Shown here in pieces: positions 1-12,960 of a stretch of 64,000 nucleotides of DNA (position 1 is its first letter; each line of letters opens with the position of its first letter). A program made the position numbers and the translations under genes. The stretch is from Octopus bimaculoides (lineage: Eukaryota): the NCBI RefSeq assembly GCF_001194135.2, contig NC_068990.1, forward strand, positions 55,551,651-55,615,650, given 5' to 3'. The notes under the pieces are model-generated. The model saw only the letters and a list, made by a program, of their open reading frames with translations, did no database searches and was not told the DNA's origin.

Positions 1-16
1 AATAATAATAATATAG

Positions 17-220
17 GCACAAGGCCTGAAATTTTTTAGGGATGGGTATTTGTCAATTACATCGACCCTAGTGATCAACTGGTATTTATTTTATCGACCC
101 CCGAATGGATAAAAGGATAAGTCGACCCCGGCAGCGCTTGAACTCAGAACGTATTGACGGAAAAATACCGCTAAGCATTTTTCTAGCTCCGTAACGATTC
201 TGTTAGCTGGTCGCCTTTCG
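17..220 (-). mobile_element. tRNA-derived SINE, family M (Meta-domain-like centre, ATT tail)
   Basis: Reverse complement reads GGCGACCAGCTAACAGAATCGTT...GTTCTGAGTTCAAG...GGGGTCGATAAAATAAATACCAG...GCCTTGTGCC followed by (ATT)n. The same consensus recurs more than 12 times in the window. The Meta-domain label is from memory of SINE superfamilies and is uncertain. Confidence 0.85.
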
Positions 221-326
221 TTGGGTTAATATTATTATTGTTCACCCCTTCAGTGCGTGTTCGAAATTCAAAAATCAGTTCATTAAATTTTCAGATCTAT
301 CTCCCAGTTGTCACGACCTAATTTGA

Positions 327-328
<2 letters not shown>

Positions 329-383
<55 letters not shown>

Positions 384-433
384 GTCTGTCTGCCTGTCTG
401 TCTGCCTGCCTGCCTGCCTGCCAGTCTGTCTGT
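329..433. repeat. compound (CTAT)n/(CTGT)n/(CTGC)n microsatellite
   Basis: Direct reading. Confidence 0.95.
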
Positions 434-659
434 TTAAAATTTCTGTATTAAAGGTTCATATTGTAATTCAAATGGTAATTCATATGGTAATTCAAAATAA
501 TAATTAAAAAAAATCGTGGAGTTATTTCCGTCGGGAATGGTCAGTTTGGACCACCACATCAGAAGACAGAACGAAGAAATGGACGAAAAAATCTGTTGGA
601 AAAGTGATCGCAAATGATTAGATAGATACATAGATAGATAAACAGAGAGAGAAAGAGCG

Positions 660-697
<38 letters not shown>

Positions 698-726
698 AGG
701 AGAGTGAAAAGAGAGTGAGAGAAAGA

Positions 727-770
<44 letters not shown>

Positions 771-899
771 CTGTGGGAGAAAGAGAGATGGAGTAAGGAT
801 GGAATAAAAACTGGAGACAGAAATAAATGGATGAATGAGTGAACGGAGCGTCGACCGCGCGAAGCAGTGTAACGGGAGGAGACATTGGTGTTAACACCC

Positions 900-1270
900 T
901 TATTGCTGCTTGAACCAGTATTTTAGAATTTACTTCTCGTTTGAGCCAGGTGTAAACGATTCTCCTAAATGCAATCCACATCTTCTGCTACAGTTAGACT
1001 AAGATTTGCATTTTCCTAAAAGCCTCTACTTGATGTCATAGTCTGCAAGCTTGTCTTCAACTACTATGTTCTTGTTCAATGTAGTGATGTTCCACTTCTC
1101 GATGCTCCCAAAGGAAATGGTGTAGTTGTGTAGGTTTTTCTTGATGTCCTTGCTAATCTGATATAACATTTTATGCTAGAAGCGTCGTTCAACCCTCCAG
1201 GCTTGATCTCAGCCTTATGACAGAATGACCTCTATCTTGCAGTGACAACGGAGCATGCATGTAGTGCCTC
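900..1270 (-). mobile_element. highly decayed LINE (possibly RTE) C-terminal fragment
   Basis: Minus-strand translation (..RF*HKMLYQISKDIKKNLHNYTISFGSIEKW..) loosely resembles the RTE post-RT region; many stops. Confidence 0.3.
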
Positions 1271-2930
1271 TACAAGAACAAGTAGCTTCCGTGACAGAGA
1301 TTGCAAGATGCGAAAAGATAGTGCGTGCCTATTAAAAAGCTTTCTATACCTGTGTGTGGGAGGAAAATGTTTATGAGCTTACTTAAGAATTTATCCCATC
1401 AATGCCAGAATTAGCATCATGGGTGAAAGGAGGCGTGAACCTGATCGTTATCTTTATGACGAGTTCGTGTTGGGCGAGTATGTGCGTAAGTAATCGAGCT
1501 AGAGAAAAAGTACACGTTACACTATATCGTGTATAATTTACTGCAACCTCAAACTTTCCAAAACATTACTTCGAATTTTTTGTTGTCAACCTTCAAATGA
1601 TAATGGAAAAATGAGCGTGATACCTATAAAATTAAGCATAAGATCTTTAGTGAGCAAGCTTATTCTCACGGTTGGAAAGTTAATAATGAAAATATATATT
1701 TTAAAATTCGTTTGGCAAAAATGACCATCCCGAAATACAACAATATATTTTTAAATGTAAATATCTATAGTAGAAATATCATTATAAACACTATTACACA
1801 AAAAATAAAGGAAACTCGTTAAAATAATTAATAAACGCAGCGTTCGTATATCAATAAATAAATATGAAAGGAAAATGATGCAAGAAAATTTATAGATCAA
1901 AATTATTTTTAAATACAACTTATTTCTGTTACATTTTACTCTCATATAAGAAAAAAAAAAAAAAAATGACAAAAATCAAACAGTATGTAAAGTGGAATTT
2001 TTTTTTACCAAGAATTTACCAGAATGCGTACAAGAACCAACATATTTTAGCTCCATCTTTCGAAAGAATAATCTTGTTCTAAAATAATCAGTTTTCAACA
2101 ATACAGAAATTGTATCACATACTAAAACAAAAGTTACTAGCATCAAGTGGTCGAAGTTAAAAATGTTAGCTATTGGGTAGATAAATAATAACAATAAAGT
2201 TAACTACATAAATACAGGATCGTTTTCTTTTTTTTAAATAGGTGCCCACATTTTGACAAACACTTGTTCGGTCAGTGGAAAGTACTGCTCACACCAGGCT
2301 AGATTTTAACCTGGCAATCACTTCATTCTCCATTTACACAAATACGGATTCTCACATTTCCTCTGTGTGTGTGTGTGAGTGTGTGCGTGTGTGTGTGTAT
2401 TTGTGTGTGTGTGTGTGTGTGTGTGTGCGTGCGTGTGTGTGCGTGCGCATGTGTGTTGTATAAAGAATACCGCACATAAAAAAAGAATATCTAATACTTG
2501 AAAAACTTTTGTCAGTTGACCACCATGAATTAAGATTACTTACTCATATAAGCATTTCCCACAAACCTAGTACACCCTGGAAATGCATTTCTTAGATACA
2601 TTAGTACCGATAGCAGATTACATAAGAGTCGCCCATGCTTCAAACCATATTCTATTGCATACATATGTTATCTATCTAAGGGACATAATTTAAAATCTAT
2701 AAAAAGAGTTGTGGCACTTCACCAAAAAATCACGAACTTACATGGCAGCAGCCATTTTGAATTTGTCTGAAGATTGTAAAAGCCATACCGGTTTGTCTTC
2801 TCTGAGAATTCAAAAACGGACTGAGGGCGAAACTTTAGAAACAAAACATTGGTAATTCTTAATAATTGTATTATACAAAGAGCAAATGTAAGTTTGTTAA
2901 CAGTGTTGAGTTCTATAATCCAGTTACTAA

Positions 2931-3029
<99 letters not shown>

Positions 3030-3170
3030 TACAAATTATAGCGTCTTTCTTGATACGACAATTATTTATCAAAACAATATAGCCTGTAAAAATTTACAAG
3101 CTTAATCCTTAGATTAGTCTTAGAGTGCAGGGTATTATTTCCTCTGCATGCATATATGTATGTATGTATG

Positions 3171-3204
<34 letters not shown>

Positions 3205-3242
3205 TGTGTGAGTGTGTGTGTGTGTATGTATGTATGTATGTA

Positions 3243-3490
3243 TGTTCTCTTCTGTTTTTAATTATCTAAACTCTTCCTTTGCGGAAGGAACTGGTTTCTA
3301 ACAACAGTAGAAAGCTCCATCGTTGGAACGTAGATAACGAAAACAATGGCACATTCATAACTTGAGAAAAGTCTTGCATATTTCTACTGTTCTACTCACA
3401 TGTTGTATTCGTAATGTACGAGTTAGTTGGCTGATTTCTTTTTCTGAAAGCCCTAGTTTATCCAAACTGTCAGTTAGGCATTTACTCAGA
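3243..3490 (+). repeat. unclassified ~250-bp dispersed repeat following (GTAT)n
   Basis: Aligns by eye with 20052-20290, 20335-20515 and more loosely 19530-19720 (shared GTAGATAACGAAAACAATG, GAGAAAAGTCTTGCATATTT, GAGTTAGTTG). Confidence 0.75.
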
Positions 3491-3652
3491 TAACTAAGTA
3501 CACCATTTATTATTAGTAAATATAAATAAATGTAAATTTGTAATCTGGAATATAGCTACTAGAGGTTTCGAAGCAGTTGTCCACATACGTATGTATGTAT
3601 GTATGTATGTATGTATGTATGTATGTATGTATGTATGTATGTATGTATGTGT

Positions 3653-3990
3653 GAAAGCGCATGGCTCAGTGGTTAGAGCGTCGAGCTTACGCTCGTGAGG
3701 TTGTGAGTTCGAATCCCGGACCGGGCTGCGTGTTGTGTTCTTGAGCAAGACACTTTATTTCACGTTGTTCCAGTTCACTCAGCTGTAGAAATGAGTTGCG
3801 ACGTCACAGGTGTCAAGGTGTATCGGCCTTTGCCTTTTTCTTGGATAACACTGGTGGCGTGGAGAGGGGAGGCCGGTATGCATGGGTGACTGCCGGTCTT
3901 CCATAAAACAGCCTTGCCCGAACTTGTGCCTGGAAGGGTAGCTTTCTAGGTGCAAACCCATGGTCAGTCATGACCAAAGAGGGTCTCAGC
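3653..3990 (+). mobile_element. tRNA-derived SINE with V-domain-like centre, inserted in (GTAT)n
   Basis: A box TGGCTCAGTGG (3662-3672), B box GTTCGAATCCC (3707-3717), then GTGTTCTTGAGCAAGACACTT; (GTAT)n lies on both sides. Confidence 0.85.
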
Positions 3991-5601
3991 ATGTATGTAT
4001 GTATGCATGTATGTATGTATGTATGTATGTATGTATGTACGTACGTACGTTTGTGGGAATGTACTTATGAATGTAAGTATGTGTATATATGCATAAATAT
4101 ATATTCATAAGTATGTAGGCTTGAATATAAGTATGGTCAAGTCATCTGTCTAGCTTGAAGCATTTGATCTTTGTAACAGAAGGTATGTAATAAAATCCAC
4201 CCCGATAAATGTACCCTTTGTGGCTTTGCGTCCAAAGCAGAAGTTCCAAACAACCACAGTTGTGAAACGAACGCGGGAGCATGCACGAAGGTGTGCATAT
4301 AACAATTTCTCCTTTATATATATATATATCTGTTCCTCTCTCTCCCTCACTCTTCATCCTTGACTCTCTCATTGCTCACACGTGACCAGCGGTCATCTTT
4401 CTTTTCCTAACTTGAATTTCTTTCTTTCTTCTCGTTCAGCTACAGAGGCAGCACGCATTTTTGTTTGTCTCCTGTCAAAGCTTGTTTCTCCAGCGTCACC
4501 ACTTAACCTCGCTATAGCTTAACAGCCTTTACCGTTTGTTTTCACTGTCCTGTTTTTTCTAACAACTTTGACCCCCCCCCCGCAAATCCTCAATTTTATT
4601 TAATTCGCTTTGCGGAGCAACTGTTTTGATGAAGACACATCTTGTCCTAATGCTCGAAATGCGAAGTAGATAAAACAATTAGCAACTTATGATGGGATTG
4701 TTCTTTATGTTGCCTGTCTTGTTTTCTCTTTGTTTCTTTCGTCGTTCGCAAAAAGAGTTCGTTTTCCATGTTTTCGTATTTCATGTTGTTTACGTTTTTT
4801 GACGTCCTGTACCCATATATGGATGTGTATATACATATATATGTAAGTATGTACATGTATGTATGTATATATGCATATATATATATAATTTATATATATA
4901 TATATATATATATATNNNNNNNNNNNNNNNNNNNNNNNNNNNNNNNNNNNNNNNNNNNNNNNNNNNNNNNNNNNNNNNNNNNNNNNNNNNNNNNNNNNNN
5001 NNNNNNNNNNNNNNNNNNNNNNNNNNNNNNNNNNNNNNNNNNNNNNNNNNNNNNNNNNNNNNNNNNNNNNNNNNNNNNNNNNNNNNNNNNNNNNNNNNNN
5101 NNNNNNNNNNNNNNNNNNNNNNNNNNNNNNNNNNNNNNNNNNNNNNNNNNNNNNNNNNNNNNNNNNNNNNNNNNNNNNNNNNNNNNNNNNNNNNNNNNNN
5201 NNNNNNNNNNNNNNNNNNNNNNNNNNNNNNNNNNNNNNNNNNNNNNNNNNNNNNNNNNNNNNNNNNNNNNNNNNNNNNNNNNNNNNNNNNNNNNNNNNNN
5301 NNNNNNNNNNNNNNNNNNNNNNNNNNNNNNNNNNNNNNNNNNNNNNNNNNNNNNNNNNNNNNNNNNNNNNNNNNNNNNNNNNNNNNNNNNNNNNNNNNNN
5401 NNNNNNNNNNNNNNNNNNNNNNNNNNNNNNNNNNNNNNNNNNNNNNNNNNNNNNNNNNNNNNNNNNNNNNNNNNNNNNNNNNNNNNNNNNNNNNNNNNNN
5501 NNNNNNNNNNNNNNNNNNNNNNNNNNNNNNNNNNNNNNNNNNNNNNNNNNNNNNNNNNNNNNNNNNNNNNNNNNNNNNNNNNNNNNNNNNNNNNNNNNNN
5601 N

Positions 5602-5665
5602 GGCAGACGAAATACCGCTAAGCATTTCGCCCGGCGTGCTAACGTTTCTGCCAGCTCGCCGCATC
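5602..5665 (-). mobile_element. SINE family M head (rest lost in gap)
   Basis: GACGAAATACCGCTAAGCATTTCGCCCGGCGTGCTAACGTTTCTGCCAGCTCGCC is the reverse complement of the family M head. Confidence 0.8.
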
Positions 5666-6635
5666 TTGTGAGAGAGTGTGTGTGTGTGTGAGTGTGTATG
5701 TGTGAATGTGTGTGTGAGTGTCGGTGAGCATGATTGTGAGTGTGCAAGTGTGTGTGTGTGTGTGTAAGAGATTTTCTGTTAATCTACTATGAGAGAATTT
5801 TATTTTCTGGCCATTTCCACTTATCCGATGCTTATTTAACCAAGAACTGACACGTGTTTTATCGTACTTCTATGCAGATTACTTCAGAAGAGGAAGGTTT
5901 CTGTTGGGCTCGTATGTAAATAGTTAAGTTGATGTTAATATATATAATGTAGTGAGTTAGTATCAGATATTTCAACAATTATGTGACCAGGAAAAGATAA
6001 CAATACCCTAAGAATTGATAAATATTATGAAAATCATTTCGTTAGCTTGGGGAAGTGTCTTTTACCAAAGTCTCAAGTTTGCCCAAAATCTTGTGGTCCG
6101 ACGTTGGAAAACAGAGTCAGTTCATAAGCTCGTTGTACTAACGCACAACGAGTGTGGGAGTGTGTATATGTGTGTGCATGTGCATACGTACAGATGTGCA
6201 TACGTACGCATGTGCATACGTGCGCACGTACGCATGTGCATGTGTGTGAGCGTTTGTATGCGTTTGTATGCATTTCTCCGAATACTGAAGAAGAAATGAT
6301 GAATTGCTTGTAAATTGAGTATGTTTACAATCTTGTTGTACTAACACACGTGTGTGAGCGTGGGTATATGTGTGTGCGCGTGTGAACGCATGTGTACGCA
6401 AGTGCATGTGTGTATGTGTGTGAGTGCTTAGTTCTCGTCATTGATCTCTTACATCATTTGACTAATTCCTGAGAGATAAACAGCTAATCCTTTCATATAA
6501 GCAACAAATCCAGTAGTTTTACAAATCTGGGACTACTAATTTGCGTGCTGTAAGAGTTTAACACATTATTTATTATCAGGGGCCTGTCAACGACGATCCC
6601 AGTCCACACATTATCAAAGTATGATATAGTACTGT

Positions 6636-6960
6636 ACTGACACTCCGTCGGTAACGATGACGAGGGTTCCAGCTGACCTAATCAACGGAACAGCCTGCTC
6701 GTGAAATTAACGTGCAAGTGGCTAAGCACTCCACAGGCACGTGTACCCTTAACTTGGTTCTCAGGGAGATTCAGCGTGACACAGAGTGTGAAGAGGCTGG
6801 GTTTTTGAAATACAGGCTCTACTCATTTTTGCCAGCTGAGTGGACTGGAACAACGTGAAATAAAGTGTCTTGCTCAGGTCACAAAGCGTCGCTGGGAATT
6901 GAACTCATAACCTCACGATCACGAGCTGAATATCTTAACCACTAAGTCACGCAACTTCAC
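6636..6960 (-). mobile_element. tRNA-derived SINE with V-like centre
   Basis: Reverse complement has A box TGACTTAGTGG, B box GAGTTCAATTCC and CTGAGCAAGACACTTTATTTCACGTTG, shared with 3653-3990. Confidence 0.8.
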
Positions 6961-7254
6961 ATATAGCATATGTGACCTATGAAATAGGTTATATACACAT
7001 ATTTAACTATTTCCCCATGGTTGGAAAAATAAACAATCTTGATCGATTTTCTAACCATATTGCCTTCTCATCAGAGGTGTCCACGTCATTTGACCCACCC
7101 CGGAGAAATAAGCAGCCAATCCGTTTATATACACAACAAATCCAGTAGCTACAGAGAATTGGAGCTACTAGTTTGCATATTATAAATGTTTAACATATTT
7201 TTTTTAAATATCAGGGTGTATGTGTGTGTACATGTGTGAGAGAGTGTTATTTCT

Positions 7255-7390
7255 TTACTACCCACAAGGGGCTACACACAGAGGGGACAAACAAGGGCAG
7301 ACAAAAGGATTAAGTCGATTATACCGACCCCAGTGCGTAACTGGTACTTATTTAATCGACCCCGAAATGGTTGAAAGGCAAAGTCGACAG
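7255..7390 (-). mobile_element. SINE 3' half (family M core with a different tail), truncated by the adjacent SINE
   Basis: CTGGTACTTATTTAATCGACCCCGAAATGGTTGAAAGGCAAAGTCGAC core. Confidence 0.7.
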
Positions 7391-7395
7391 TATCA

Positions 7396-7690
7396 TGGTA
7401 TTGTTGTTGTTGTTTGTTCCTTCTCAGGTCATGCCTGGCTCATAAGGGACGGTTACCTGGTTTCATTGGCGTATAGGTTCCCAGCCTGGACAGGACGCCG
7501 ATCCGTCGCAGGTGAGCTGCTAGATGCAGGAGGGAAAAGTGAGAGAAAGTTGTGGTGAAAGTTGTGGTGTCGGAGCCGCGTGGAGCTTAGGTGTTTCGCT
7601 CATAAACACGCACATCACCGTCTGAGATTCGAACCCACGATCCCTCGACCGTGAGTCTACTGCTCTAACCACTAGGCCATGTGTTTCCAC
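7396..7690 (-). mobile_element. tRNA-derived SINE (third family, CAA tail)
   Basis: Reverse complement has A box TGGCCTAGTGG, B box GGTTCGAATCTC and a 3' tail ...GAAGGAACAAACAACAACAAC. Confidence 0.8.
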
Positions 7691-7736
7691 TAGTGTCGAA
7701 GTATGCAGTTCTATATTTAAGAAATGAGGAATTATG

Positions 7737-7951
7737 TACATTATTTACATTTGACGGATATTTGTCCTCATCTTGTTAGTTGTTGACACAAAATTTCGGC
7801 TGATATACCCTCCAGCCTTCATCAGGTGTCTTGGGGAAATTTCGAACCTGGGTTCTCATTCCTAAGGTATTTTTCGATGTTATTATTATCATCATCATCA
7901 TCAACGTTGTAACAAGATGAGGACAAATATACGTCAAATGTAAATAATGTA
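7737..7951 (-). mobile_element. hammerhead-bearing repeat (headless copy) with 42-bp inverted repeat
   Basis: Body matches 57539-57690. Arms 7737-7778 and 7910-7951 are reverse complements with 1 mismatch. Confidence 0.8.
7785..7830 (-). ncRNA. minimal type I hammerhead ribozyme motif (helix III mutated)
   Basis: Minus strand: GACAC-CUGAUGA-A-GGCUG-(10 nt)-CAGCC-GAAA-UUU-U-GUGUC. Stems I and II are perfect 5-bp helices; the ACGU of the other copy is AUUU here. Confidence 0.65.
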
Positions 7952-8129
7952 TCAAGGTATTATATAATAATATATGTCGACCTGCGTATTAAACATTTAA
8001 ACATGTAAAAAATTTATCCATTTCCCTGTAGATTGAACAGATAATGAACAACCTTAATCGATCTTCTACCTTTATGGGGTTTCGACCAATCTCAGAGTGC
8101 GTGGACTATTTGAGGACACTAAATTAACA

Positions 8130-9363
8130 GTGTATTACTCTCTTTAAACCAATTAAAAGGATTTTATTTCTTTCAGATCTTCCATGGCAGAAAAAAATGC
8201 TAACAACAGAAACGGAAAGATATACAACCATTTTTGCTATATGTGATCTTTCAGATCTTCCATGGCAGAAAAAAATGCTAACAACAGAAATGGAAAGATA
8301 TTCAGCCATTTTTGCTATATGTGCGGAACACTGCGATTTATAAATTTCCAACTTTCTAAATGTTGTAAGATCTTTTATACATAAAGTTCTGATGGAATTG
8401 GAAGCCACTGGCAGAAATTTTACAACTGTACCAAAAAAAGAAAAAAGAAAACCATTCTCAACGTTCTGACACCAAAAGGACGCCGCATTTCATCCAGTAG
8501 GTTCAAAACATTATTGGTGATGATGGCGGAAAATCAAAGAGGACCACTGTGGTACACAAGAACATTTGATACGATCGTATGTTCTGAGGAGAAACTAGTT
8601 CATGTCTACAAAGGAAAATTGTTTGATCTGTGTCAAATGGTTACTAAGCAAGGTTTAAAACCCTTATGAACGTGGCATGCTTTGGTTCGACAAGGACAAA
8701 AAGTCTGACAGGAGATATAACAGATGGCTATGTGCAGATCTTTCAGCTGTCCCCAGAGTGATGCACACTAAATATCCAGTAACTGCGATGGTTATAAGAG
8801 TAGTGAGTAACGAAAGTCATGTCATACAACCTCGCATCTTTCCATCGGAGTCTTAGAATTAATGCTACTGGATACATTGAGATTCTGGAGACAGTTGTTA
8901 CTCCCTGGATGGATGGAATACACAGTGGAAAGCGATGCGCATTTCAACAAAACCAAGCACCTTCTCATAAAGCCCATGTAATACGAAGATGAATGTCATA
9001 ATCTTCATGGTCATTTAAAACCAAACTTGTGGACTAAGAACTCGCAGAATTAAATACCATAGACTACTACATTTGGAGCGTTGTTGAAAGGAGTCAGCAT
9101 CCTCACAGTATCTTAGCTTCTCTGCAGGTCGCCATTGTTCATTTGATGTCCAATATGACAAAGGACCATTTAGTGTCGGCACGTCAGCAAGTCCAATCTC
9201 ACACTGAAATAGTCATTGAAATGAAGTCAAATTCGAAGAATAATCTTAAAAGAAAGGCTATTAGAAACATGTGTACAAATATTTATAAAAATACATGTGG
9301 TTTTTGCTAGAGTTGTTTTATAAACTTACCAAATATGTAGTCAAATATTTCTTCCACCCTCTG
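8130..9363 (+). mobile_element. degenerate Tc1/mariner (DD37D/maT-like) transposon
   Basis: Frameshifted translation: EMERYSAIFAICAEHCDL*ISNFLNVVRSFIHKV..; HTKYPVTAMVIRVVSNESHV..INATGYIEILETVVTPW..FQQNQAPSHKA..LNTIDYYIWSVVER..HPHS. This matches the DDE domain of maT-type transposases. Many stops. Possible right TIR ends about 9363. Confidence 0.85.
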
Positions 9364-9519
9364 TGTATGTATGTATGTATGTATGTATGTGTGCGTGCGT
9401 GCGTGTACGTGTGTGTGTGTATATGTATGCATATAAATGTATATATTTTATTTATATACATACATACAGACGCATATATATATGTATGTATGTTTGTCTA
9501 CATATATACGTTTATCTGG

Positions 9520-9570
<51 letters not shown>

Positions 9571-9589
9571 GTCAATATCGACATTTTAT

Positions 9590-9905
9590 GGGCCATCTTG
9601 GAAATATCTGAACCACTCATACACTTGTGTGCAGCTCATACGCTCCTCTCGATACACTTTCTGCAACTTTGCGTAGGCCTTTGAGCAGGTGTTGCCATGA
9701 CAACTTTCTCTGTCATGGTCAATGCGACGATCACACGCTACACACCTTCATTCCAAGCACTGCTGTAAACAGCGAATGTAAGTTAGAACGTTAAAATTCA
9801 GTTAGCATGCACAGCAAAGTTCAATCAAAGTCAATATTTGCCAAGCGGCTTCACTCTGTGTGCTTCAGCTTCGTTAGTATCAGTCCGGATACTTATTGAT
9901 CAGAT
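9590..9905 (-). mobile_element. mariner 5' fragment (TIR plus HTH N-terminus)
   Basis: Minus translation KAYAKLQKVYREERMSCTQVYEWFRYFQDG is a mariner HTH region. CAGTCCGGATACTTATTGATCAGA at 9881-9904 resembles a mariner TIR. Confidence 0.7.
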
Positions 9906-10453
9906 ATTGATACTTATTGATCATACATACATATATATATGTATATATATGCATGTATGCGTATATATATATATATATATTGGCTGTGTGGTAAAAAGCT
10001 TGCTTANNNNNNNNNNNNNNNNNNNNNNNNNNNNNNNNNNNNNNNNNNNNNNNNNNNNNNNNNNNNNNNNNNNNNNNNNNNNNNNNNNNNNNNNNNNNNN
10101 NNNNNNNNNNNNNNNNNNNNNNNNNNNNNNNNNNNNNNNNNNNNNNNNNNNNNNNNNNNNNNNNNNNNNNNNNNNNNNNNNNNNNNNNNNNNNNNNNNNN
10201 NNNNNNNNNNNNNNNNNNNNNNNNNNNNNNNNNNNNNNNNNNNNNNNNNNNNNNNNNNNNNNNNNNNNNNNNNNNNNNNNNNNNNNNNNNNNNNNNNNNN
10301 NNNNNNNNNNNNNNNNNNNNNNNNNNNNNNNNNNNNNNNNNNNNNNNNNNNNNNNNNNNNNNNNNNTGACAGGATATATATATATCTGGCACCCTGGCAT
10401 CCGAAACTCGGAGTTTATCATGGCTACTGAATAAGTGTCGCATATTTTTACAG

Positions 10454-10501
<48 letters not shown>

Positions 10502-10916
10502 ACACATGCACATATATATACATACATACATACACACACACACAAACATATATATATGCATATATGAATGTGTGTGTGTGTGTGTGTGTGTCTGTGCGCG
10601 CGCGCGAATATACATATATTATCGATTCAGAAAAAATATTTAAAATTCCCGGGAGAGAAGGGTAATAATAGTTTCCTTTGGAAAATACTATGTACGTATA
10701 TATGTGTACATACACACACACACATACACAGAGGCACAAAAAGCACACACACTCGCACACACACGAACACATTAGCTTGCAGATCGATGGACGCTATCAA
10801 TCTCACGTGACCTTCAAACTATAAATAAAACGAACATCTTCAGACAATCTGAAAGTTTATGGCGACTTAACACTGCAATTTTAATGATTATAAACAATAA
10901 ACACAATTATATACAA

Positions 10917-11005
<89 letters not shown>

Positions 11006-11385
11006 ATGCATTTGTAAACATACACAGATGCATACACACACGCGCGCGCATATATACATATATATGTATGTATATATGTGTATTTATATGTGTGTATGTA
11101 TGCATGCATGTATGTATGCACGAATGCATGTATACATGTATGTATGTACGTACGTATGTATGTGTGTGTGTAACTATGTATGTATGTATCTATGTATGTA
11201 TGTATGTATGCATGTATGTATGTATGTACGTGTGTGTGTTTGTATGTATGTATGTATGTATGTATGTATGTATATGTGTGAATGTATGTGTTTGTGTATG
11301 TATATATGTGTGTATGTGTGTGTATGTATGTATGTATGTATGTATGTATATATGTATGTGTGTATGTGTGTGTGTCATCATCATC

Positions 11386-11570
11386 TTCATCATCATCGTT
11401 TAACGTTCGCTTTCCATGCTAGCATGGGTTGGACGGTTTGACTGAGGTCTGGAGTGCCAGCGGCTGCACCAGGCTCCAATCTGATCTGGCAATGTTTCTA
11501 CAGGTGGATGCCCTTCCTAACGCCAACCACTCAGAGAGTGTAGTGGGTGCTTCTTACGTGTTACCCCTAC
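11386..11570 (-). mobile_element. 3' end of a retroposon (SINE/LINE tail ending in (ATG)n)
   Basis: Reverse complement GGTTGGCGTTAGGAAGGGCATCC...CCAACCCATGCTAGCATGGAAAGCGAACGTTAAACGATGATG. Confidence 0.65.
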
Positions 11571-12009
11571 AGGAGCCACTCAGGCGGGACTGTCATCGAT
11601 CACGTTCGTATAGCGCTTTTTACGTGCCGGTCAGGTAGTACTGGCATCGGCTACGTTCGTATGGTGCTTTTTGTGTGCCACCGGCACGTATGCATGTATG
11701 CATGTATGTTTGCGTGTGTATGCACGTATGCACGTATGTACGTATGTATGTATGTTTGTATGTATGTATGTATGTATATGTGTGTGTATGTATGTATGTG
11801 TGTGTATGTATGTATGTATGTATGTATGCATGTATGTACGCATGTATGTGTGTGTGAGTGTATGTATGTGTGTGTATGTATGTATATATGTATGTATGTG
11901 TGTATGTATGTATGTGAGTATGTAAGTACATACGCGTACGAGAGATGAGGCTTCCTGTTACAAACGTAGGGCAGTCCCTACTCAGATTAACGATATATTA
12001 ATACTAGCA

Positions 12010-12190
12010 AAATACAACAGTTTAGTCGTCGAATTGGTGAATTCGTTAGAGCGTCGGCCAGAGTAGCTTTTGTTAGATGACCCGGTTTCTTCCACTTCTA
12101 GATCAAATCCATTCGAGATCAACTTTGCATTTCAATCTCTTTTGGAGACGGTAAAAACTACCAATCCAGCGGGATAGGATGCCGGATGAG
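12010..12190 (+). mobile_element. diverged family M SINE
   Basis: GAATTGGTGAATTCGTTAGAGCGTCGG...CGAGATCAACTTTGCATTTCAATC...GGTAAAAACTACCA. Confidence 0.5.
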
Positions 12191-12599
12191 TCAGAGTTTC
12201 GAACAAGGTACCCACTTGCATATGGCGTAGCTATAGTGTGTTTCGCTCGGATCAGGCTTTAAGTTTTCCGCTCCACTCGTCCAAGCCTATGCAATTTATT
12301 CAGTAGGCTCCCAAAGTGTGCCCTCCTCTCCACCATAGAAGCATTGCCCGAGTGGACGGTCCCCTGCCTCCCTTATCAACTACGCTACTGGAGATACCTT
12401 GTTTCACCCACTATAATAGTACATACCTTTGCTCCCCTGTCCCAAACAACAATATCCAACCTGTTATGTTTACATTTGACAGAAATTTTGATGGGAATAT
12501 TTCACCAGTATTCAAGAACGGAAAACATCCAGATAGTTAGGTGATACAAAAAAGGGACAACAAAACATCCAGACAGACGATACAAAGAAAACAAGGACG

Positions 12600-12960
12600 G
12601 GTCATTCGGAGTTTTCTTTCCTCACTTAAGTTGGTGTTAATGAATGTATTCCATAACAGAAGGATTTTCTAAGTTTATTTCAGGACAGTCTTTTTTGCGG
12701 ATGGCATTGTAAATTGATTTAGCAACAACATCGTACCGCATAGGGAGGTAGTACCGTGACGTATTTTAGGACAGCTGCTAATCACATGCGTAATGTCTTC
12801 CAAAGAAACATGACATAGCCTACACATGCGTTGCACTTTGGGATTACAAGAGCGTGATTGTCTCTTTTGTTCACTAGGTACTTTGAGGCAACCTCCTGTC
12901 CCTGGATTGCAAACGCATAGCCTTCAAAGTGTGATGTAGTGGTCATTCTGCTGTGTCAAT
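12600..12960 (-). mobile_element. R4/Dong-type LINE fragment (CCHC zinc knuckle region)
   Basis: Minus translation TTSHFEGYAFAIQGQEVASKYLVNKRD..CRLCHVSLEDITHVISSCPK..YYLPMRYDVVAK. Confidence 0.75.

Noticed and set aside
3653-3725. tRNA gene (also 7620-7690, 52210-52283, 57745-57813, 45071-45140)
   Set aside because: A and B boxes are present, but I could not form an acceptor stem or full cloverleaf, and each head continues into a dispersed-repeat body. These are SINE heads.
4705-5747. Long ORFs spanning N-runs (also 9838-10772, 20820-22058, 39944-41065 and others)
   Set aside because: Their length comes from unsequenced gaps.
8177-8330. Host exon after the acceptor-like TTTCTTTCAG
   Set aside because: The sequence translates as the N-terminus of the decayed maT transposase.
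10884-11948. ORFs rich in MYVC/HTYI/THTH and similar
   Set aside because: Translations of (GTAT)n, (CA)n and (AAT)n microsatellites.
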